16,243 nt of DNA. Origin: Planctomycetota bacterium (GTDB taxonomy: Bacteria; Planctomycetota; SZUA-567; H5-PLA8). Shown piece by piece: positions 1 to 7,781 of the stretch (its first letter is position 1; every line of letters starts with the position of its first letter). Made by a program: the position numbers and the translations under genes. The notes below the pieces were generated by a model. The model made no database searches. It was not told where the DNA came from and was given only the letters and a program-made list of their open reading frames with translations. The stretch covers positions 1 to 16,243 of the forward strand of contig JBBRPR010000107.1 in assembly GCA_038227875.1 (NCBI GenBank). The letters are read 5' to 3'.

Positions 1-367
1 ACTCTGTTTCGACGATGAAAAATAATACGATTTACCCTTGGCGAAGTTGAAGCCGCCCAGAAATCGTCGCGCATAACGCGATTGCACTGCCCACGCCAAC
101 CGGCGCGAGTGCAGGAACACGATTTTTCGGACAACGACTAGTTCTGTGAATTCTGGCAGAAAATCCGACACGGAAACCTTGGCTCACCCTAGGGAAATCT
201 TCGGTGCGGTGCGAAATTCCCAATCCAATTCGCCCATCCCGTCTCACTAAACTCTCTCAAGTCCCGCGCGCCGCATGTCGACACTCTACGCACGGCCTTA
301 TGCGAAGAGGCACCCGCAAGCGTTGTCGCGCGGCCGAACAATTTAATGAGATCCGGGGGGGTCTGCC

Positions 368-874
368 ATGGGCGCGAACGCGTCAACGTCTGTCTCTGCT
401 TTCACACCTTTCAAGTCGATTGCCGCCGTCGCCGCCGTGGGTTTTGGCGCGCTGCTGTTCTCCGCCGGCTGCGGCCACAAGCACGCCGCCGAGGCCCAGT
501 CGCCGCCGCCGCAGACGCTCAGCGAACCGGTCCGGCCCGTCGAGGTCGCGCCGTCGGCTCCGCCAGCTCTGCCGGCCAGCGTCGACAATCAGTACGCCCA
601 GCAGCCGGGTGAAACGCGCTCGCTGCCCACGTTTGAAGCGCCGCCGCCCGCGTCCATCGCGCCGGCTCCCTCGCTCGCTCCTGCTTCGTTGGCGGTGAAT
701 GCGCCGGGCGATCAGCGCGACGAGAAGGGCCGCTACCACGTGCTGCAGAAGGGCGAGACCCTTTACGCCGTGGCGCGCACATACAACGTGAAACCTCGGC
801 GCGTCATCGACGCCAACCAGTTCCGCGATCCGAATCATCTCTCGGTGGGAACCAAGGTGTACATTCCAGACTAG
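368..874 (+). CDS. LysM peptidoglycan-binding domain lipoprotein
   Basis: Hydrophobic N-terminus ending in a lipobox-like LFSAG-C, then a Pro/Ala-rich linker and a C-terminal LysM (YHVLQKGETLYAVARTYNVKPRRVIDANQFRDPNHLSVGTKVYIP). G-rich RBS upstream. Confidence 0.9.
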   Translation: MGANASTSVSAFTPFKSIAAVAAVGFGALLFSAGCGHKHAAEAQSPPPQTLSEPVRPVEVAPSAPPALPASVDNQYAQQPGETRSLPTFEAPPPASIAPAPSLAPASLAVNAPGDQRDEKGRYHVLQKGETLYAVARTYNVKPRRVIDANQFRDPNHLSVGTKVYIPD

Positions 875-929
875 TCGGGCTTGCGTTCTGCTGCTGAAAT
901 CTGTCCGTTTAGGACGATGTTAACAGGAG

Positions 930-969
930 TGACCCCTGTGCCAGTTGGCACAGGGGTCATTGCATTTTC
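930..969 (+). terminator. Probable intrinsic terminator after the LysM gene
   Basis: Perfect 14-bp inverted repeat TGACCCCTGTGCCA-gt-TGGCACAGGGGTCA (930-959) followed by TTGCATTTTC. Confidence 0.65.
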
Positions 970-1042
970 AATAACCTCAAAAAATATGAAATGCACGCGC
1001 GCCTTGATCCGACTAACAGTCGATCATTCGCGGAGTGCAGCT

Positions 1043-2428
1043 ATGTCTCGACGAACGCTACTATATTTCGTACTCGCCGCGTTGTTCTGCGCGCAGCTTC
1101 AGGCGGCTCAGCCACGCGCTCCGCATCCCGCGCCGTTTGAACACCACGATGAACTGATGGATCAGCTGATGCATGGCACGCCCAAACTGCGCGCGCACGC
1201 GCAGTTTCGGCTCGCTCAGATGGGGACGCGCATCTCGCTTGAGTTGACGTCCAAGTTGTCGAGCGCCAAACGGCCGGCGACGCCCTGGTCGTTCGCGATG
1301 AAGCTGCGCCGGTATCTCGACGGGGAAGCCAATGTCGTTGAGGCGATGAACTATCTGAACTCCCGTATGTATGCCGTCTTGAATCCCAAAATGCAGAACG
1401 CAGGGCCGGCCGATCTGCCGCAGTTCGCCGGGTACGTCAAGCGTACCTCCAACGACGAGGAAGTGTTTCAGAAGATTCAGGCCCTGCCCTATATCGCCGG
1501 CGCCAGCCAGGAAAACGCCGACGCGATGGCGTCGCTGCTGGATCACAGCCACGTCGGTTTGCAGAATGCGGCGCTGACGGGGTTGGAGCGGTACTGCTCG
1601 TTTGCCGTCCTGCCCACCAAAGTCGAACCGTTTTTGAAATCAAAGTCGATCGAGCAGTTCATGTCCGCAGCGCGCATTCTGGCGCGGCAGAAGCACGACG
1701 GCGTCATCGACGCGGTGCTGACGCGGGTGCGTTCCGAGCCGCTCGTGCTGGCCTCGACGCTGGCGCCGATCTTCGCCGATTGCGATCGCGCGGAGCTTCT
1801 TCCCAAGCTCAATGAACTGCTCCAGGATGCCGATCCGCGCATGCAGACCGTCGCGGCCGGCTACCTCCTCGCGCTGAACGATTCGAAAGACGCGGCCGAG
1901 GCGAAGCTGGTCGAACAGCTCGGCGCGACGATCCCGGATGTGCAGATCAGCGCGGCGTGGGTGCTTTACGAACTGGGCAGCGACAAGGTCAAGGAGACGG
2001 TGCGCGCGAAGATCAACCTGGCGCGCCCGCAGCTCAATCGCGTTTTTCTCGGCGCGACGGGGTGGTTGTCCGAAAAACCTGACGGCAAGAAGCACGCCCA
2101 AGAGATCGCGAAGCTGAGTCTGGTCAATGCGGCAGCACCCACCGGCGAATGGGCGATCAACTTGCGCGACCAACTCCGCCTGGGGCTTCACAAGGAAGTC
2201 AACGAGGTCGTGCGCGCGTCGGCGGTGGCCATCGCCGACGAAGTGGGCGCGCCCGCGCTGCCGCCGAAAGCACCGATTCCCGCCAAGCCCGCGGCCAATA
2301 ATACCGCCAAGCCGAAGGTGATGCGGACGTACAATTCGATCGCTACGCCTATTCGATCATGGCCACGGTGCTTTCGGAACTCGATCCGGACACGTACCAG
2401 AAATCGATTAAAGCCTGCGTCACGGTGA
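1043..2428 (+). CDS. Secreted HEAT/PBS-lyase repeat protein, N-terminal part of a probably frameshifted gene
   Basis: ATG 1043 follows GGAG and begins a Sec-type signal peptide (MSRRTLLYFVLAALFCAQLQAA). HEAT-like units include LNELLQDADPRMQTVAAGYLLAL and LVEQLGATIPDVQISAAWVLYELG. After the PK-rich linker (~2318) the last ~35 codons look out of frame. Confidence 0.7.
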   Translation: MSRRTLLYFVLAALFCAQLQAAQPRAPHPAPFEHHDELMDQLMHGTPKLRAHAQFRLAQMGTRISLELTSKLSSAKRPATPWSFAMKLRRYLDGEANVVEAMNYLNSRMYAVLNPKMQNAGPADLPQFAGYVKRTSNDEEVFQKIQALPYIAGASQENADAMASLLDHSHVGLQNAALTGLERYCSFAVLPTKVEPFLKSKSIEQFMSAARILARQKHDGVIDAVLTRVRSEPLVLASTLAPIFADCDRAELLPKLNELLQDADPRMQTVAAGYLLALNDSKDAAEAKLVEQLGATIPDVQISAAWVLYELGSDKVKETVRAKINLARPQLNRVFLGATGWLSEKPDGKKHAQEIAKLSLVNAAAPTGEWAINLRDQLRLGLHKEVNEVVRASAVAIADEVGAPALPPKAPIPAKPAANNTAKPKVMRTYNSIATPIRSWPRCFRNSIRTRTRNRLKPASR

Positions 2429-3126
2429 TCACCTCCCGCCAGCTGGGCTGCGGATTGTGGAGCTACCGCGACGCGACGCAAAAGGAACAGGACGAATTCG
2501 GCGACGGTTACGAAGCGGCCTCCGCCACCGACTACGAATTCCCGCAGGCCTTCTACGCGCTGGAAGGACCGGAGAGCGCGATTGTTTTCGCCGACGTAAA
2601 AGTCGAACGCGTCGTCTTTCTGCGCGCGATGCGCGGACTGCTCTACAGTCAGAATGTGGATGGCTCATTCAACAACTACCCCAATCCGTCGCCCTATCCG
2701 CAATGGGCCAGGGCGGAGATGGCCGTGCAGCACACCGCGTGGGGCCTGGGGATGCTGGCGATCTGCCTGCGCCAGGGCAAGGAGGAACTTGGTGACGAGC
2801 CCGACGTGCTGGTGCGCGGCTACATCGCGCGCCAGGCCGCGTACACGTGCTTGCGCGAGCGCGTGCTGCTGGAACCTCCCGGCGAGATTCCGGGGCAGCC
2901 AGGTACGGTCTTGACGGGCGCGCTTTTTCAGCTGCGGGAACTGGCGTTTACGTTTGGCAACGATGGACTCATGACCCGGCGCGACGCGGCCGGATTTGAT
3001 CAGTCACTGAAAATGACAGGGGCGAACGCGATGCTGTACACCTGCGGCTTTCCCGAACCCGCCGACTCGACCTCGCGCCCCTGGGAAGAAGCGACGGATA
3101 TTGGGATTGGGCCTGCCAAGAAGTAG
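2359..3126 (+). CDS. Prenyltransferase/squalene-cyclase-like alpha-alpha toroid domain, likely the C-terminal part of the 1043 gene
   Basis: QW-like repeats (SRQLGCGLWSY, SQNVDGSFNNY, HTAWGLGMLA). The frame is open from 2302 and there is no obvious RBS before ATG 2359. Overlaps the upstream ORF by 70 nt. Confidence 0.6.
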   Translation: MATVLSELDPDTYQKSIKACVTVITSRQLGCGLWSYRDATQKEQDEFGDGYEAASATDYEFPQAFYALEGPESAIVFADVKVERVVFLRAMRGLLYSQNVDGSFNNYPNPSPYPQWARAEMAVQHTAWGLGMLAICLRQGKEELGDEPDVLVRGYIARQAAYTCLRERVLLEPPGEIPGQPGTVLTGALFQLRELAFTFGNDGLMTRRDAAGFDQSLKMTGANAMLYTCGFPEPADSTSRPWEEATDIGIGPAKK

Positions 3127-3194
3127 GAGCGTGCCAAGGCGCCGTTCAGCAAAACGAAGTTGCCAAGCAGCGTGCGCCATTTTACACCCACCGC

Positions 3195-4157
3195 ATGAAA
3201 AATCAGAGCCGCAAGAACCGCGTGATTGTGATCGGCAGCAGCAACACGGACCTCGTCGTTCATTGTGAGTCGCTGCCGCGGCCCGGTGAGACGGTGCTGG
3301 GGCAGGACATGCTGACGTTCGCCGGCGGAAAGGGCGCCAACCAGGCCGTCGCCGCGGCGCGGGCCGGCGCGGATGTGCGCTTCATCGGCGCGTTTGGCGA
3401 CGATGCCTTCGGCCAGGCGCGGCGCGCGGATCTGGAACGCGAAGGCATCAACTGTTCCGGCTGCGTCACCAAGAAGGGCGTGCCCAGCGGCGTCGCGCTG
3501 ATCGGCATCGGCCGCGGCGAAGGCGGCGCGAAAGCCGAGAACCTGATCATCGTCGCCGCCGGCGCCAACGCGCGGCTGACGCCCGAGGACGTGCGGCGCG
3601 GCCTGCCGAAAGATCTGGGCCGCGAAGCCGGCATCGCTTCCGACGTGGTGCTCTGTTCGCTGGAAGTTCCCGTGGCCGCGGTACTGGAAGCGATGAAACT
3701 GGCGGCGCAGCGCAGCGCGAACCTCACGGTGATTCTCAACCCCGCGCCCTTTCCATCAGCGGCGGTGATGAAGACGTTGTTGCGCGGAAAGCCGAAGTAC
3801 GTCACACCCAACGAAGGCGAATTCGAAGCGCTCGGCGCTCGCGTCGGAACGTCGTCGGCAGCGAAAGCGTGTGCGGCGTATACCGCCTCGAATTTTCTGG
3901 TCACGCGCGGTCCGGCCGGCGTCGACGCGTACCTCGACGGCGAGTATCTACCGAGCTACGCCGTGCCGCCGAAAGTGAAAGCGATCGACACTGTCGGCGC
4001 GGGCGATTGTTTCAACGGCTGCCTCGCCGCGGGATTGGCCGCGGGACGCGAGGATGCGATCCAGTTCGCCGTGACAGCTGCTGCGTTGAAGGTGACGCGG
4101 CAAGGCGCACAGGCGGGCATGCCGCGCTTGAGCGAGATTTTGAAAGCGCTGCGCTGA
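3195..4157 (+). CDS. rbsK: Ribokinase (PfkB family sugar kinase)
   Basis: Motifs GSSNTDLV, GGKGANQAVAAARAG, TPNEGE and DTVGAGDCFNG. Confidence 0.9.
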   Translation: MKNQSRKNRVIVIGSSNTDLVVHCESLPRPGETVLGQDMLTFAGGKGANQAVAAARAGADVRFIGAFGDDAFGQARRADLEREGINCSGCVTKKGVPSGVALIGIGRGEGGAKAENLIIVAAGANARLTPEDVRRGLPKDLGREAGIASDVVLCSLEVPVAAVLEAMKLAAQRSANLTVILNPAPFPSAAVMKTLLRGKPKYVTPNEGEFEALGARVGTSSAAKACAAYTASNFLVTRGPAGVDAYLDGEYLPSYAVPPKVKAIDTVGAGDCFNGCLAAGLAAGREDAIQFAVTAAALKVTRQGAQAGMPRLSEILKALR

Positions 4158-4230
4158 GGGACAAATTCATAACGATGAGTGATGAAACCGCGAGCGGGGA
4201 ATCGCGGTTCAACTCTTATTCGCCGCCAAG

Positions 4231-4269
4231 CCCGCGAGGGGGCCGACCACCCCTCGCGGGGATTTCTTT
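4231..4269. terminator. GC-rich hairpin between convergent genes, probable terminator
   Basis: CCCGCGAGGGG (4231-4241) and CCCCTCGCGGG (4250-4260) form an 11-bp stem followed by GATTTCTTT. It lies between rbsK (+) and the ParB-like gene (-). Confidence 0.55.
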
Positions 4270-4289
4270 GCAGCCCCGGCAACTTCGTA

Positions 4290-4317
4290 TTCATCATGCA
4301 TCGTTCACCGTTCATCG
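4290..4317. repeat. Degenerate heptamer tandem repeat (TTCATCR-like x4)
   Basis: TTCATCA TGCATCG TTCACCG TTCATCG. Confidence 0.6.
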
Positions 4318-4324
4318 TTTTCCG

Positions 4325-5218
4325 CTACGGTTTGCGGACGAGCGTGACGCCGTGTTCGAGCAGGGATTGGAAGTGCGGGTGGTGGATGAGGTTGCTCAGG
4401 GTTCTGCGCCAGTGGTCTGACGGTAACTTCAAGCGCAGGCCTTCGCTGCATTTTTCAAACTGAGCGGCGTGCGCGGGGCCGAAATGGCGCAGCAGTTCCG
4501 GGTCGAGTTGCGCGTCGGACTCGGTGAGCGGGCTTTGCGGAGCGGGTTCCGGCCGCAGCGCCTCCAGCATCTCGCGTTTGCTCAACGCGAGCAGGCGGGC
4601 TTGCTCCTCCGGCGAAAGCGCGGCGATCTTCGCCGCCGTGGAGACCGCGAGTTGGCCGGCGTCGACGCGGGCGATCAGAGCGGGGATGCCGTGGTCGAGA
4701 AGGCTGCGCGCATAATCAACGCTTTTGCCTGAAACGCCGAGACATTTGCCGGCGAGCTCGCGCGCCGGACCATATGGTAAATTTACCATATGTTGGCTTT
4801 TGACCACATCCTTGACATTCTTCCGCAGCAACGCTTCCTCTTCGAAGTGCGGCAACATCCGCGCTGCCACCATCGCGCGCTGGTTCTCCTTCAAGTGCCG
4901 CCGACGCAGGTTCGCGGAGACGATGAATTCGAGCAGCGAACCCTGGCCGTCCCACTCGCGGGTTTTTGGCGTCAGGCCGAGTTTCTGGCATGCGCGGACT
5001 CGATGGCGGCCGTCGATCACCTGGCCTTGCCAGAGCCAGATGGCTTCGAGCTGGCCCTTTTCGCGGATGTCGGCGACGAGGGCTTCGAACTCCGATTCGC
5101 GCATCGGCGGGGAGATCGCGGCAGATGGGTGGAGTGGAAGACTCGGAGCTGAATCGGCGGGGGCTCCGGTGGTGCTGTGGGCCGCGGTCTGCGCCGCGGC
5201 GTCGTGGTTCTCTTGCAT
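4325..5218 (-). CDS. ParB/Srx N-terminal domain protein with HTH (orphan, phage/MGE-type ParB-like)
   Basis: HPSAAISPPMRESEFEALVADIREKGQLEAIWLWQGQVIDGRHRVRAC and SANLRRRHL are typical of the ParB-N family. An HTH-like segment follows (ARELAGKCLGVSGKSVDYA). AAGGAG RBS upstream. Confidence 0.85.
   Translation of the reverse strand: MQENHDAAAQTAAHSTTGAPADSAPSLPLHPSAAISPPMRESEFEALVADIREKGQLEAIWLWQGQVIDGRHRVRACQKLGLTPKTREWDGQGSLLEFIVSANLRRRHLKENQRAMVAARMLPHFEEEALLRKNVKDVVKSQHMVNLPYGPARELAGKCLGVSGKSVDYARSLLDHGIPALIARVDAGQLAVSTAAKIAALSPEEQARLLALSKREMLEALRPEPAPQSPLTESDAQLDPELLRHFGPAHAAQFEKCSEGLRLKLPSDHWRRTLSNLIHHPHFQSLLEHGVTLVRKP
4771..4792. promoter_or_regulatory. Perfect 22-bp palindrome inside the ParB-like gene, candidate protein-binding site
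   Basis: CATATGGTAAATTTACCATATG equals its own reverse complement and has 6/22 G+C in a GC-rich gene. The palindrome is certain, the function is inferred. Confidence 0.45.
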
Positions 5219-5268
5219 AACGCTTACTCCTTGAAAATAGGTTCTCCTGTTGAGTCCCTGTTACTAAG

Positions 5269-5298
5269 ATTATACGCCATGAATGGACCGAAGATCAA
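5269..5298 (-). promoter_or_regulatory. Sigma70-type promoter of the ParB-like gene
   Basis: Minus strand reads TTGATC-N18-TATAAT, about 50 nt upstream of ATG 5218. Confidence 0.65.
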
Positions 5299-5754
5299 GT
5301 GAAAACCGAATATATTCCTAATCTCGCGTTAGGGTGCGATCGTTAGTTAAATGAAATAAATGAGTTATGGATGACAAAAAGTTGGGATTATTTTATTGGA
5401 AATGGATCTTGGAGCACGGGGCGCCTTGAAAAGGAGGGGTTGCCCGGCCTCTAAGGCCGGGTCGCTTGGCGGCAGACTTCGAAGTCGGATAACTTTCCGG
5501 GGAGGGATTGTCCGTCCTGGAGCTTCTTGTTGCTAATGCAACCCGGCCCGAGGGGCCGGGCCACCCCCCGCGGGTTGTCGCTCGATTTATTCACAGACTC
5601 GAGGGTCCTTCCGCCCCGGTCTCCCACAACTGCCTTGAAGTTCCCTATTTTTACATCGTCTTGATGCTGGAGAGAACCCGGCTACATTTGCCGGGGGTAG
5701 TATTAACAGACGTACCGGTCCGATTTACGTTCCGCGTGTCCCGATAGCGAGAGA

Positions 5755-7722
5755 ATGACCATGCTTAAGCAACCTGTTCGATCCGCAATGTTCGCGCTGG
5801 CGCTGCTGGTGGCGTTGACGTCGGTGGCGGCACCGCGCGTGGCGTATGGCGCGGAGGAAGAGAAGCTGGTCAACTCGGCGGAGATTCTGCCCGACGGGAC
5901 GATCATGTACGCGGAGATCGCGGCGTGGTCGAACTGGTCGAAGGATTTCTCGAAGACATCGCTGGCCAAGATTTTTGCGGAACCGGAAGTGCGCCAGTTT
6001 TTCGCCGGTCCGTTCAGCCAGATCACGTACCTGATCAAAAACACCACCAACGCCAACCCGGCCAACGTTGTTCCGCCGCCGGTGAAACCCGATGGCAAGG
6101 ACGCGCCCACGGCCAACGCGCTGAGCACCGTGCTGGACCTGGCCAGCCAGTTGACGCCCGGGCCGTTCACCGTCGCGGTGCGTTTTTCGCCCGACGACGC
6201 GGCTGCAGGCCGGCTTCCGGCCGTGGCGCTGATGGCGGGTATATCCACCAATAAGGATACCGATTCGGCCGCGGCGATGATCCCCGGCGTGCTCGACGCG
6301 CTGCTCCACAATCTCAAGGTCGACACCGTCGCGGTCACCGATTACCAGAACATCAAGCTGATCACCGTCAAGCGCACGGCGCCCAACGGCAAGGAAATCA
6401 CCTCGGCGATCACGTTCCACAACGGCCGCATGATCGTCGCCAGCGACGTCTCGCTGGCCACGCAGATTCTCGACGGCATGGCCGGCACGCTGGCCAAGAA
6501 ACTTTCCGACACCGAGACGTTCAAGAACTGCGGGCTGGTCGGCAACGAACACCTGATCGCGTTTCTCGACGTGGCCGGATTGAAGGCGGCGTTTGCGGCG
6601 ATGCAGAAGCCGCTGCCCGATGTCCCGAACCAGATCGACGACTTTTTTGTGCTCGCCGGCCTGAACAAAAGCATCGCGGTGGCGTGGTCGCTGCGCATGA
6701 ACGGCCCGGCGTTCGAATCCCGCACGGCGATTTTCTCCAAGGGTGAACGCGAAGGCCTGCTGGGCACGCTGGACGAAGAACCGCTGAGCGCCGCGGTGCT
6801 GAAGGGCGTGCCGGCCGGCACTCCGCTGGCCGTTGCCTTCCGGCTGCGCTCGCAGCGCATCCTGCCGTTCCTGCGCCAGGCGGTGAAGGCGGTGCAGGGC
6901 AACAAGGGTCTGGAAGAATTCGACACGATCGAAAAGCAGCTCAACGCCGAACTCGGCCGCGATCTCGACAAGGAACTGCAGGCGGCGCTGGGCGGCGAAG
7001 TGGTTGTCTCGAGCCTTGCGCCCGTGCTGGAAAACACCAATCCGCTCGGCGCGCTCTCGGCGTTCACAGCGACGCTTTCGGTCAAGGACACCGCCAAGGC
7101 CGATGAACTCGTCGGCCAGCTGCTCTCGCGTTTCGCCAAGAACGAACCGAAGGGCGACGCGCTCAAGGAACTCGATTACGAAGGCACGAAGATCCGCTAC
7201 CTGCCCAACCGCCGCATGGCCGGCGTGATTGAGTTCTCGCCGTCGTTCGTGGTGATCGACAACCGCCTGATCGTCGCCGTCGACGTCCCGTCGCTCAAGC
7301 GTGCCATCGGCGTGCTCAAGAACGGTCCGTCACTGGTCGATTCGGAAGCCTTCAAGGGCGCGCTCACCGGCGTCGGCGGCAAGATGGGACCGATGTTCAG
7401 CTACGTCGACTGGGGTTTCATGTACAAGTCGGCCTTCAGCGTCGGCACCGCGGCGTTGAAGCTGATCGCGCCGACGGATGTGCTCCGCGACATCGGCGTC
7501 GACATGAATTTGCTTCCCGAAACCGCGACGGTCTCGCAACATCTCTTCCCGGGGCTCTCGGTCGCGCAGATCACGCCGACGGGAATCGTGCTGACCAGCC
7601 GCAGTCCGTTGCCGTCGTTTGAAGTGCTCTCGCCGCCGGTCGCTGCGGTTTCGGCGGTGTTCAACACGTTTAAGCCGTTCTTGATTCCGGCTGCGGAGAA
7701 GAAAGAGCCGGAGAAGAAGTAG
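5755..7722 (+). CDS. Large secreted/periplasmic hypothetical protein (DUF3352-like)
   Basis: 655-aa ORF with strong GC3 bias and a signal peptide (MFALALLVALTSVAAPRVAYG). Motifs AEILPDGTIMYAEI, LQAALGGEVVV and FSYVDW resemble DUF3352-type proteins (recognised from memory, not searched). Confidence 0.75.
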   Translation: MTMLKQPVRSAMFALALLVALTSVAAPRVAYGAEEEKLVNSAEILPDGTIMYAEIAAWSNWSKDFSKTSLAKIFAEPEVRQFFAGPFSQITYLIKNTTNANPANVVPPPVKPDGKDAPTANALSTVLDLASQLTPGPFTVAVRFSPDDAAAGRLPAVALMAGISTNKDTDSAAAMIPGVLDALLHNLKVDTVAVTDYQNIKLITVKRTAPNGKEITSAITFHNGRMIVASDVSLATQILDGMAGTLAKKLSDTETFKNCGLVGNEHLIAFLDVAGLKAAFAAMQKPLPDVPNQIDDFFVLAGLNKSIAVAWSLRMNGPAFESRTAIFSKGEREGLLGTLDEEPLSAAVLKGVPAGTPLAVAFRLRSQRILPFLRQAVKAVQGNKGLEEFDTIEKQLNAELGRDLDKELQAALGGEVVVSSLAPVLENTNPLGALSAFTATLSVKDTAKADELVGQLLSRFAKNEPKGDALKELDYEGTKIRYLPNRRMAGVIEFSPSFVVIDNRLIVAVDVPSLKRAIGVLKNGPSLVDSEAFKGALTGVGGKMGPMFSYVDWGFMYKSAFSVGTAALKLIAPTDVLRDIGVDMNLLPETATVSQHLFPGLSVAQITPTGIVLTSRSPLPSFEVLSPPVAAVSAVFNTFKPFLIPAAEKKEPEKK

Positions 7723-7781
7723 GCGGAACGGATGTTTTCGATTTTCGATTGAACTGCATTGCGAGAGCGACGCGCGTCCGT

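Noticed and set aside
190..225. AGGGAA...CGGTGCGAAATTCC resembling the start of a cobalamin riboswitch
   Set aside because: The downstream conserved elements (CCCGCAACTGT, GCCACTG, AGNCAGGAGACC) are absent and the downstream gene is unrelated to B12.
881..1042. 5' extension of the HEAT-repeat ORF from TTG 881
   Set aside because: It runs through the terminator hairpin and AT-rich intergenic DNA. ATG 1043 has an RBS and starts a signal peptide.
5498..5700. 6S RNA, SRP RNA, tmRNA or tRNA identity for the structured intergenic region
   Set aside because: No SRP GGAA/AGCAG motif, no tRNA-like T-arm or CCA end, and no long 6S-type rod with a central bubble could be built by eye.
5508..5747. 79-aa + strand ORF in the intergenic region
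   Set aside because: TTG start, atypical codon usage and no recognisable motif. Better explained as non-coding or structured DNA.
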